From Adineta vaga (taxonomy: Eukaryota > Animalia > Rotifera): 64,000 nucleotides of DNA. A model generated the notes under the pieces. That model ran no database searches and was not told the origin of the DNA. It saw only the letters and a list, made by a program, of their open reading frames with translations. How positions within the stretch are numbered: the first letter of the stretch is position 1; each line of letters starts with the position of its first letter. This document shows, piece after piece, positions 23,917 to 35,900 of the stretch. The stretch spans positions 16,120,001-16,184,000 of the forward strand of contig CP075494.1 of the NCBI GenBank assembly GCA_021613535.1, read 5' to 3'. The translations under genes and the position numbers were made by a program.

Positions 23917-24867
23917 ATGTTTTTCAAATCAATTTATTTTACTTTATTTTTCAATTTTATTTCATCAACATGGTTAACAATAAATGATTATTCAATAACA
24001 ATATGGGATGAAAATACTGCAAATCGAACAGAAATATTAAATGAAATTCAAGTTACAAATTATCCTCGAAAATATATTCGTTCATTAAACACACCAATTG
24101 ATATTTATACATATGATCTTGAAAATCAAATGATTTATTTTACAATGCAACAAGGTTTATATGGAATATCAAAATATTTCAAATATGATATAAATCAAAA
24201 TAAAATTTATCAAACAAATGAAATTCAATTATTTATGATTGATTATATTCAATATAATAAGAAAACTAAGAAATTATATTCTATAATTCATAATTCAAAT
24301 GAAGATAAATATCTTTTAGTTGAAATAAATCAACAAAAATTAGAAATTGAAAAAGAATTATTAGATTTAAAAGATTATGGACGACCAATGTCTGGTTATT
24401 ATTTTAATACAAAAAAACAATTATTTACTTATCATGCTTATGATTCAAAAACTAGTCAAACAGTTTTAATAACATTAGATTTATCGGATAATACAACACA
24501 AAGATTTGTTCGTTCAAAAATTTTTCAATATAATGTTTATTCATTAGCTTATTTAGAATCTGATAAATCATTACTTTCATTATGGCAATATAGTTTTATA
24601 ACACCATTAGTTATTATTGAATTAAATGAAAAAACAGGACAACAAATTCAAAATATAACAATAACACCGTTAAATGAAAGAATATCTCAAGGTTATAAAC
24701 CATCTTCAATTGATTATGAAAATAAATTACTTTATGTTTTATCATGGAGTGAAGATTTAACAAAAACATATCTTTCAAAAATTCATTTTGATACAATGAA
24801 ATCGGATTTAATTACTATTACAAATAATAATCGAAAAGATTATTATATCTTTTTCAAAAAAGATTAA
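23917..24867 (+). CDS. Secreted protein of unknown function, probably beta-propeller, intronless
   Basis: N-terminal hydrophobic signal; repeated short beta-strand patterns (TYDLENQMIYF, YNKKTKKLYS, IDYENKLLYV). Confidence 0.7.
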   Translation: MFFKSIYFTLFFNFISSTWLTINDYSITIWDENTANRTEILNEIQVTNYPRKYIRSLNTPIDIYTYDLENQMIYFTMQQGLYGISKYFKYDINQNKIYQTNEIQLFMIDYIQYNKKTKKLYSIIHNSNEDKYLLVEINQQKLEIEKELLDLKDYGRPMSGYYFNTKKQLFTYHAYDSKTSQTVLITLDLSDNTTQRFVRSKIFQYNVYSLAYLESDKSLLSLWQYSFITPLVIIELNEKTGQQIQNITITPLNERISQGYKPSSIDYENKLLYVLSWSEDLTKTYLSKIHFDTMKSDLITITNNNRKDYYIFFKKD

Positions 24868-25062
24868 CTTTCAATTATTTAATAAATAATCATCTGAAAA
24901 ACGAAGAACATATTTGAATAAACAAAATAATTTGCAATTTTATGAACATTGGATGGAAATTTTCAATGCTACAGAAATCGTTTCAGAAGAAAACCGTTCG
25001 TTAAGTATGATCAACTCTGAAAGACTCACCTGATAATGTCATTCAATTCTAATCCTTTTATT

Positions 25063-25854
25063 TTATTTCTTTAATAAAAGAACTAATTGTATAATAGAAA
25101 TAAAAAAAGATAAATTATATCGTTTATGATTAGCAGAAGATTTAATTAAATATTTACTCCAATTATCCATTGATTTAACTGATCCAACACCAGTATAGTG
25201 TAGTCTTCGTATTGGTCCCTTATAGTAGACAGTACCAACACTAGAAACATCGATATCAACAGCAGCATAACCAACAACATAGGCTGTACCAACACCAGTA
25301 ACAAATAAGGAAACTTTTTCTATTGAACATCTTGTTCCATCAAATGTATTGACACCATTCAAATGAATCATTCCAGTACCATTAACATGACCAGATAAAG
25401 TTAAATGAGCTGTTCCAAACATTTCAATATCAAGTTTGGAAGAAATATCTACTTGAATATCTCCAGTACTTGATCCAGACATTTTCAATTTCAAATAAAT
25501 AGATTGAAGTGAATTTGTCGTTCGAATACTTTCTGTACCTGACATTTCAATCAATGATAAAGGTTTACGTATTCCAACATAAGCAATAATCTTTGGATAT
25601 TGTCCATTCTTAATCATAATCTTAAGAGTACTTTTAGATATAACACTAATACAACAATCATGAACCCATTGTTCAGTTTCTATTTGTAATGTACTCATTG
25701 GAGCATTTTTATTAAGTTGTGTTATTACATAACTAACAATACCATCGGATTCTAATGAAGTTATATCTTTGTCCAATTTATAATTAATTCGTCGTACTTC
25801 ACCACAAATCGTTGCTATTCCAAAGTAGAAAACGATAAATATTGATTTCAACAT
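25063..25854 (-). CDS. DUF2807 / GIN (autotransporter adhesin head) beta-helix protein with signal peptide and predicted GPI tail
   Basis: Repeated hxhSGxGxhxh units (MSGT, MSGSS, MFGTA, LNGVN, VTGVG, VSSVGTVYYKG); hydrophobic N- and C-termini. Confidence 0.8.
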   Translation of the reverse strand: MLKSIFIVFYFGIATICGEVRRINYKLDKDITSLESDGIVSYVITQLNKNAPMSTLQIETEQWVHDCCISVISKSTLKIMIKNGQYPKIIAYVGIRKPLSLIEMSGTESIRTTNSLQSIYLKLKMSGSSTGDIQVDISSKLDIEMFGTAHLTLSGHVNGTGMIHLNGVNTFDGTRCSIEKVSLFVTGVGTAYVVGYAAVDIDVSSVGTVYYKGPIRRLHYTGVGSVKSMDNWSKYLIKSSANHKRYNLSFFISIIQLVLLLKK

Positions 25855-26401
25855 ATAGAATTTATTTTCCTGTCTTATTTTGATATAAATAAAAAAGAAT
25901 CAAATATCACCAAATTGATATACTCATTTTAGAGAAGAAGAAAAAGAAGAACGGAAAAAGCACGAGAAATTAATTGAAAACCAATAAATCAATATTTACT
26001 AATAGACTGCGATTGATGATGACTCAAACAGATAGATGTATATAGTCAATCGATTCTGTTGCCTTCTTCTTTCTTAGTAAATATGCTACAATAGATATGA
26101 ATATTTATTCATTGTTTTACTCAATCAAATCATTCTGTGTACAATAAATAGGAATATCAATACTAAGGCAAGAATAAAGATCATTATTTTGTAATACATC
26201 GCAGTTACTTTGTAGAGAATTCATCATATCTTCTATTAGATTATTGAAGAGCAATACCATAGTAAATATGATGGTTTATATTTCTATTTTATAATATCGG
26301 AAATTTTTGTGACGAAATACAGTATTACATCGAGAAGAAACGATATGAAATAAAAGTATACAATATAACAAGGAATAGTTTTGTTTCATAATGAAAATGT
26401 A

Positions 26402-27444
26402 TTATTTAAGTTCTAATTCAATTGGAGAAACTTGATTAATAACTATTGTTTGTGTTCTCAATCGATTGAGATGTTTTTTAAATAGTACATAAATAGATTG
26501 TCGACGATATCGTTCAGATATACATATATAAACATAAAATGAAATCTAAAAGAAATTTTGTACAGAGATTTTCTCGTTATTCAACTTCTACTTACCGAAA
26601 AATACGTATAGAATAAGATTAATGTCATAGTATAAAGAAATTGCATTAGATCTGTAAAAGAACGATCTTTTTTTACATTCGATGTTGCATATGCAATAGC
26701 ATTTGTTATAATCCATGGTGTATTTGTAAATGAATTAATTACAACTTGTATAAAAACCATTTTTGTCAATTGTTTATCTAATTCTCTTCGAACAAGTGGA
26801 ACTGTTAGACGAAGTATTTGTTGAATATTTTGATAAGACATTATTCCAAATATAACTGTTATTAAATCAGGTAGAAATCCGGAGAGAAATAAGATAATAA
26901 AATAGTATCTATATTCCATCAGATTGACATTAGTTAAAGTACAACTAGTTTTTCCTGTAGAAAGTAATACATGATTAGAAAATACAATATATGGAATGGC
27001 GTGAACACTCCATAAAATAGTAAATATAACAATTAGACGATGAGCTATTTTAATTTTACTATATTGTTGCCAATGAAAACGGTTACAAGTTGAAAAATAT
27101 TGATCAATTGTTGCTAAACATAAACATGTATATGACATTGATGTACACCATTGCCAAAATGCTAATCGAAATTTACAATAAAATAATGATGTTATTTGCC
27201 AATCAATTCCATATCCACTATCCATAATACGAGATAGAAGACCTGAAAGTAATTGACCAATATCGGCAATTGACATTATAAGTAAATAAAATGCACATGA
27301 ACTTTCTCGAAATGTTTTAAGACTAGAAAATACAATTATATTTAATAGTCCGCCAAGAACACCCATAATAACAATAAATATACCACCATAAATTGCGACT
27401 CCTTCTGCAATTAAGTTAAGAATTGAACTTGTTGATGATGACAT
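26402..27444 (-). CDS. Class A orphan GPCR; 2 exons (27444-26596, 26545-26402)
   Basis: LKTFRESSCAFYL, CKFR, ATIDQY and RRELDKQLT motifs; intron 26546-26595 gives ISFYVYICISERYRRQ. Confidence 0.9.
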
Positions 27445-27721
27445 AAATATTTCTTTATAATATCAATCAAAATAAGTTACTAGTTAATTTCAATCTTACA
27501 CAATATAAAAGAACATGAGAAGCTTTACTGATATTCGATAAAAAATAAATCCTTAACCTTATATACTATTTATATATTTCATTTAAAAATCTATTTTGGT
27601 GTATATATGTTTATCTGTCATGAAAACGGAATTAAACATACATCAAAGTATTTTATTATTGAAGTCATGCGAAAATTAACTTTATCATAGTTTAATTCTA
27701 TTTTTTTTTATTAAACAGAAA

Positions 27722-28140
27722 TCTGTGATCCGAAGATCCTAACAGTGCGTACATGTAGATATAAAATGGACTCTAAATTGAAAAAGGAACATAAACTCCT
27801 ATAAATTCAAATAAGTTGATGCTTACTGAAAAATAGACATAATAAATAACAAGGATGATGTTTAAAACTAGTTGGACTTTCATTTTCATGTTCGGATCAT
27901 TCGTAAGATTTATATTTGTAGCAACAGTATTTATGGTAACGTATGGTTTTAGAGTAAATACACATACAAGAACTTGCACCACTACCATGACGGTTAATCG
28001 TTTGTCTAAAGATCGCATTGAACAAGAGGCACTGTACAATAAGCCAATTGCTGAACATTACGATAAGCTAATATTGCAAACAGACCAGCAATAACTATTG
28101 GAAGATATTCAATGATACCAATAGTAAAAATTATATTCAT
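27722..28140 (-). pseudogene. 3' fragment of a paralogous GPCR
   Basis: LDKRLTVMVVVQV, the same intron position as 26402-27444, then SPFYIYM; 5' part is degenerate. Confidence 0.65.
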
Positions 28141-28439
28141 AAGTCAGAACTATTCTCAAAAAGTAAAGTTAGAACGATTATGCACGGTTCGCTAAAGTAT
28201 CACATTTATAGTGCTTTTATAGATTCTTCTCTTCGCTCCAATGAAAAACGTCGCATGTTCCAAAATAAATTCAATCTATCACTATATTTGATATTTCTCC
28301 TTTGTTCTTTTTTTGCTTGAAATGCATTGAGGATAGGGTAATGGTGTATAAGGACGTTCCATTCAACGATACGTATTTCGTCCTCATCTTCAAATTGTTT
28401 GTTAGATCGCATTTGATTTATGATACATCGATGAAAATA

Positions 28440-29780
28440 TTTTATATACGACTTGATAAAATCGCAAGACATCCTATCTTTACTAATCATTTAGCATTAG
28501 TAAAACGTTCTGCTAATGGTGATATTAAATCAATGGATGATTCAATATTTGATCGCTTTTATTCCAAAATATTGACTACGGTTCATCATAAAATCAACTG
28601 GCTCGACCTTGAACTGTTATCTATGGAACGTGTTCTTCTTTCTATTCATTATCCAAATTTACGTAGATTTTCCCTTTTCAATATTGAACATTACACTTGC
28701 TGAAAGTAAGATAATACAATCAACACCTAATATAATGAATGTAGTTTGTAATTTTTTCGTCAAGTTTAATGGAATTACATATTAATGTTGGCAATTTTTT
28801 TGATTGTCTTTATCTACTCGATGGTCGTTTCAAACAACTAAATACTTTCTGTGTTAATATTTATCGGTATTTCCTTGTCCATCGGAAGTGATTATTAGCA
28901 AGGTAGACTATTTGAAAAAAAAAGAAATCGTTAAGTTTTAATTGTTTTTCTAGGAGGAATTAATCCATTTAAAATGTTTCTCATTGACTTGTAATTCAAT
29001 GGCGTGTGTTTATAAAGAATTTATTATACTTCTATTACATCGATTATCGAATTTAGAACAATTATCGTTGTATATCATCATCTGGCGTTATGATCATTTT
29101 AAGTCTTTTCTTGATGGAGATAATTTGAAAAAAGATATTATTTGTGACATGTCAAAGTTAAAAAACTTTGCATTTAGTATTCATTCGATTATAAAATATT
29201 CTGATTTTTTTAATTTATACCATCAAATCAAGATATTTAAAGGTCTTGAAGATTATCAAATTGTTTCTTATATCGATTATTTTCCAAATAAAAAACAAGC
29301 TCGATGTCATATATATTCGTGTCCAAATCAAATGAAATATTACTACAAACTTGCAAATAGTTTTCCAGGTGGATTATTCAATTCTGTTCGGTACGTATTT
29401 CTCTTTGATGAACGTCCTTTCGAATTTGAATTTTTCCTTCCCATTGCTGAAACATGCCCATTTTTTAAAATATTAGTTCTGGAAAATGAATCATCACAAA
29501 ACGATAAACAATTATTAAATATCATCATCTTATTTTACTCAATCTCTTGGAAGCTCATACTGATTACATTGAACAATTTCTTGATAATACGAAAACTTGT
29601 CTATCAGATAATATTCATCTTGTCGTCGATTATAAATCGTTACAAACAGTGACATACAACTTTATAAGAAATACAACACGAATTAATTATAGTAAAATCA
29701 ATAAATTAAATGTGTATGATAAATTGGTGACTAAGAACGATCTCAATGATTATTTTCCTCATGCAGAAAATATAAAATAA
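28440..29780 (+). pseudogene. F-box/LRR-like (bdelloid-type) gene relic with multiple frameshifts
   Basis: IFTNHL, FDRF..IL..VHHKI.WL.LE..SMERVL...YPNL, LLHRLSNLEQLSL, FPGGLF, DERPFE.EFF and HTDYIEQFL motifs spread over several frames; F-box N-terminus is absent. Confidence 0.75.
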
Positions 29781-30219
29781 AAATTGAATTTCAAAAAAAT
29801 AATACTTCTCATAAAAATATCATATGTGAAATTTGATTGAATAACTTATAGTTTGGTTTTATCAGACTTGTTTAATTTATTTATTAATCTAGCAAAAAAA
29901 ATCATCTTTGATATATGCTCAATATCTGTATTGAATCAACTTTTATTTTGAAAATTTCACGATTATCCTAATCTTGAAAAGATTCGCTCACAAAAGGGTA
30001 CGATATTTGCACCAATTCATTGATTGTTCAAGGCAAGCTTCTGATCGATAAACTTGAAATAAGAGTACACAATGATATACATATTGTCGAGAATATTAGG
30101 GATGTAATAATACCAATACCGTATTGGGCTTTGCTCATAAGAGTCTCCATGTAAAATAGTCTTTTCGGAAGAAGACGGATGGTTTGTTAATTGAAAATAA
30201 AATAAGAGGAAATATTTAT

Positions 30220-30528
30220 TCAAGGAAAAAAGTAAATGAATTGACTTTTCAAAGATTCATTGTGAATAAGAATATTTATGTATGAAATAAAGATGATCCA
30301 AAATAGAATTTCAATTGTTGTAATTAAAACATTAAGTATTAATGCTATTTTACTCATTATTTGAGCTTGTTTCAAATCATCTTGATGTTTTTTCTTTCGA
30401 CAAATTAATGAAAAAATTAAAGGTAAAAAACCAAACCCCATTCCAAAGATTATATTAATAATTGACCATAATAACCAATCATGAATTTTATGTTTATTTT
30501 CAATAAAAATAATTGTAGATTGTTCCAT
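30220..30528 (-). CDS. CD225/dispanin (IFITM-like) small membrane protein
   Basis: DWLLWSIINIIF...LIFS..CR.....D...A...SK.AL.LN pattern with two hydrophobic segments. Confidence 0.7.
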   Translation of the reverse strand: MEQSTIIFIENKHKIHDWLLWSIINIIFGMGFGFLPLIFSLICRKKKHQDDLKQAQIMSKIALILNVLITTIEILFWIIFISYINILIHNESLKSQFIYFFP

Positions 30529-32987
30529 TTGATAAAATTTTAATATTAATAAATCTATTAAGGAACATTTTATATATATTTGATTAAGATGAAATTATAT
30601 AATTTGGATTTTTCCAATTGTTATTTTATTGATCTTTATAAAAGGAAATGAATATTGATATATTTGAAGTTTAACCTATTCTTTTATTGCTACTTCGACC
30701 TTTTTTGATATAGTATAGAGAAAAGGAACAAACATTCTTTTTTTTCTCATCAATTATTGATGAAAACATCGATGGATTAAAATACAACAATTTCAATGAG
30801 AAGATTTACCTTTATATTCTCAAGATGATTATTTTAAATTTAAATCAATATATGAAAAATAAATAATTGAAATAAACAAATTTATTTATTTTCTTTGAAT
30901 TAAAATATTCTGTGAGTAAATACCCAAAATGGTCTAATACAATTAAATGATAATTATAACGCTCGCCGAGTGATTCGCTTGACTCTCGACTGAATGATTA
31001 ATTGAAGACAGTTAATCTTATGGCCAATTTCTCATAAATAGATAGCAATAGAAATAGAAACATATCCCGAACAATATCTTCTCGAACATTGTTCTCATTC
31101 ATACTCACAGTCTTGTATAGACAAATATGAGCGATTACTATTACAGTTCTTATTTCTTATTTATGCAATATCTCTTAATAGAAATCACTATTCTCAGAAA
31201 ACCATCACCGTTTCCGAGCAGCGATCCTCCACTCTATCCTAAAACATGTGTATCTTTTAGAAACGCAAGTATGAATGCTGTGGAATAACATGGAATCTTT
31301 TAGTTAACACAGAAGAAAGTATCCACCCGCAAAGATAGCTATACGCAGATTTAATTAGTCGACACTCGCTTCCAGGAAACTGAAAAAAGCTAAAAAGCCG
31401 TGTGCACTATCTTTTGCTATACCTCCGTCTGAAAACTATATCTACAGTTAAAATCTCCAACTTGAATAACATGACAACACATACACAAACGATGAAAATC
31501 GCACGATCTCAGCTAAAGATATATACTTCCACCAAAACTTACAGTGAAAGAATATGATCGGTCGATTTTGAGTATATTTATCTAATCAACATAGATATAA
31601 GAAACCACATATGCATTTGTAAAGATCTATTATCAAAGATCTCGTCTCATTCATCTCTCTATAGCTTCTAAAGTCAATGATCGACTAGGTATCAATTTGA
31701 ACTAGAATAGATTTCGAGTAAGTATAGCTTAGTGGTGTATGTTCACGACTTCTGATCGATGTTTCACACGTTCAAATCTGCTTATCGTCATGTAAGTAAA
31801 AAATTCAGTTCACTTGCCAAAGTAGGCTAAGACCATCCGAGTGTTATGTTGATGGCAACTCTGTTCGAATCTGAGATAAATTTATGTATTTTTTGCCTAA
31901 TTCTAAAAGTTAACCGAAACGCATCCGAACGCATTTACCTTTGATCGCGTCAAAAAGTCAGAAATGTTTCATCCACGCTGCGTCTCGCTGCGTTTTGACT
32001 CAAAAAATATTTACATGGGTGATAAAGAATCAATAACTGAAGCATTATCATAACTAATTTCGACTTCAAAATCATTACTGTTAGAGTTTTTAATATTAAA
32101 ACTATCTGTATTTCCTCTATATCGCTTGTTTGATACAAAATATGTATTAATATCTTTATACTTTTTGCTCATTATTTTAAAAAAATATTTACTGAAAAAT
32201 ATTGAGTGAACACTATTCTATCTCAATCGCAAAATGAAAAGTATGCGTCAATCTATTTTAACATATCACAAAAATAATTTCGTATTTCAAAATGACGTCA
32301 TATTGTGTTTTACCATACTTCTACGTCACCTTGTTTATTCATATCAAGCAAGGATTAGGTATGATGATCGGTGGGGAAAAAAGCGATCAACCGTATCCCT
32401 CATTCTTTTTCTTTATAGTACAGGTGCAAAAAAATGTATATGTATATATATATACAGAGAGAGAGACAGTCTATATAAAGAATTTTATAAATATAATTAT
32501 AGATTATTTCTGTTTATTACCGTTATATAAACTAATTAGTAAGTAAATATCTGTTTTCTGACTTTAAAAAAATGAGTCACAAGATTTAGCTTATAGAAAC
32601 TTTGAATAAGTCATAAGATATCATTATTTTAATTAATAATACCTTTATGTATAGATTATATTGCTTTATTTAAATGAAGCGCGTGGGTTATTCTCACATT
32701 TCTATATGTTATCAACGACCTTCGTCGCTGTTAATCGAGCCATAAGATGAAATAAATAGATAATGACACACTTTATACACAGAGAAGATATATCAATATC
32801 AGAACTAAGAAAGACTTGCAATTAAGTTTATGAAACAAATTGATGATATTGTTCAATTGTTCTCTTTTCTTTCAAAAAATAGTACTGTATCTTATTCTCT
32901 ACATATAGTCAAAGTGCGTCATAATTGATCATGTGTAGTCGATATATATATATATTTGTTTAAATAGGATTGTGACCGGTTTTAAAG

Positions 32988-35900
32988 ATGTTTGAATTAA
33001 GTAATCGAATTTCTGGGGCTATGGAAGATGTTGATATTTCTGGTCGAAGCCGATCTGTTGTTTCGCAATTGGTATTGTTTCCGACTGTGTATGTTGTACA
33101 TTGATTAAAAATTCTTGATTGAAATTATTCAATTCTTTTAGGACTCCTTTTTCAATTGATGAAGAATCGACAGAGAAAAATATATCTCAACCTTTCTGGA
33201 ATAAAAGCAACGATAAAAAATCAACAGGAAAGAGTATTACTCTTCGAAAATTAGTAAAGTGATTTTGTTTTTAAATGGAAAATTTCATTGTTTTTTTTCT
33301 TGAATATATTAGCTGCGATTCGCTCGTCCCTTGGATATATTTTTAATAATATTTGGTACATTAGCAGCTCTTGGTCATGGGTCTGCTCAACCATTACTTA
33401 TTTTAATTTTTGGAAATCTTATTCAAATATTGATTAATCAAGAAAATAGTGTATGTCCACTTAATCAAACTGCTATACTTCAACAAAATTGTCCCCCAAA
33501 TATTCAAACAAATCCGATTGATTTTAATTCAAATACAAAGTAAATTTTTCTCTCTTTTCTTTCATGTCTATAAAATGTTTATTGAATATTATTTTAGTCA
33601 ATGTAATCTTTCTTCGTCAAATATCAATGAAAATCGGCTTAATCTAAGCGGAGAAGCAAATCAAATATCACTTTATATAGTTGGAATTGCTTGTGGTGTT
33701 ATTGTTCTTGGTTATATTCAGAATGCATTTTGGAATATATCAGCTCAACGACAAATACGTTCAATTCGAAAGAAACTCTTTCAAGCAATTATTTATAAAG
33801 AAATTGCTTTTTTCGATACACATAAAACAGGAGAATTAAGCACATATTTAACCGATAATATTAATAAAATTCATAATGGAATAGGAGATAAATTTTCTAA
33901 TGGAATTAAATATTTCGCTTCATTTATCACAGGTATTATAATTGGTAAGTAGATTTTTCTTTCTAATAATAATAATAATCAATAACAAATTTTAATGTAG
34001 GTTTTTCTGAAGGATGGAAATTATCATTAGTTATATTATCATTTTCACCATTAATTTTTGTTATAGCAATGTTATTCTCGAAAGTAAAATATATACTTTT
34101 GTTTTTGTTTTTATTAAAAGTTGTAAATATAAATATTGTAGTTTACAGTTAATTTAACAATATTGGAATCAAAAGCATATGAAAAAGCAGGTGCAATTGC
34201 TGAAGAAGTATTTAGTTCAATTCGTACAGTTTTTGCTTATAATGGACAAAATCGAGAAAAAGAACGGTTAGTATTATAAGATTAAAAATGATTAATACAA
34301 TTCTGATTTATTTTATTTAGTTATGGAAAACATTTAAATGAAGCAAAGAAAAGTTCTATTCGAAGAGGAATGGTTAATGGTTTGATAATGGGTTTTATGT
34401 GTGTGATCATTTTTTCTGGTTATGCATTAGGTAATTTATTATGAAATTTGATAGAAATTATGTAATTTGAATTTTTATATATGAAGGATTTTGGTATGGA
34501 ACAAAATTAACTTTTGAAAAAGAATATAATATTGGAAATGTTGTTATTGTAAGATAAAAGAAATCTCTTTTTCTTTTAAAGGAATTTAATTTTTAGATCT
34601 TTTTTGCAATTATTAATGCTGTTTTCGATTTGGGTCAAGCTTTTCCACAATTTCAAGCAGTAATTGAAGCACGAACAGCTGCTTATCCTATATGGCAATT
34701 GATCGATGAAGTAAAATAAATAATTGAAAGTCTTCTTTCTTTTCTTTTTATTAAATCTATTCTTTACTTTGATAGTTTTCTATTACTGAAAATTCTTCCG
34801 ATGAAGGTATTATAAAAGATGAATTGATTGGTGATATTCAATTTTCACACGTTCATTTTTGTTATCCATCTCAACCTGATACATCAATACTTAATGATCT
34901 TTCATTTAATGTTCAACATGGACAAACAGTTGCATTAGTAGGCACTTCTGGTTCAGGAAAATCGACTTGTCTTCAATTATTACAACGATTTTGGGAGTTA
35001 AATTCAGGTTCAATTATGATCGATAATATTCAGATAAATGAATATAATTTAAAATGGTTAAGACAAAATATTGGTGTTGTTAGTCAAGAACCTGTTTTAT
35101 TTCATGGAACAATTCAAGAAAATATTTTATTTGGACAACAATCAGCTACTGATGAAGATATTCAACAAGCAGCAAAAATGGCGAATGCACATTCTTTTAT
35201 TATGACATTACCTGATGTAGGATATTAAAAATATTATGATACATCTTTGTTATTGTTGTTTTCTTTTAATAGAAATATAATACTTTAGTAGGTGAACATG
35301 GAGCTGCATTATCAGGTGGACAAAAACAACGTATAGGTAAAGTGTAAATCTTATAATTAAATATGATTTTTTTTAAGTATTGATTTACTTTAGCTATCGC
35401 TCGAGCATTGATTCGAAATCCTTCAATATTAATTCTTGATGAAGGTTTGTTTTTTATTTATTTATTATTATGTTATTATTTTCAAATTTCAATTCTTTTT
35501 TTTAGCGACAAGTGCTCTTGATAACGAAAGTGAACATATAGTTCAAGAGGCTTTAAATCGTGTTACTGGAGGTATGTTGAGATATTGATTATTTTCTTAA
35601 TATTCTATCTTTTCTTTAATGATCAGATCGAACAACACTAGTTATTGCTCATCGTTTATCAACTATTCGAAATGCTGATAAAATTATTGTAATACATAAT
35701 GGTAAAGTTGTTGAAGAAGGCAATCATGATAAATTAATGTCCATGAAAAGCATTTATTATAATCTTGTGGAACGACAAAAGTTATTGAAAGTAAAAGAAG
35801 AAGAAGAAGAAGGATTTGAAAGACAAGAAATTATACGCACTATATCAGAACCACGTACAAGATTTCAACGACTTCGTGCTTTAAGTAGTTGTACATCAAC

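Noticed and set aside
28206-28490. 94-aa minus-strand ORF abutting the F-box relic
   Set aside because: No recognisable family; may be a fragment or a chance ORF
30900-32000. Possible retroelement or TE relic
   Set aside because: No RT, endonuclease or terminal motif could be read with confidence
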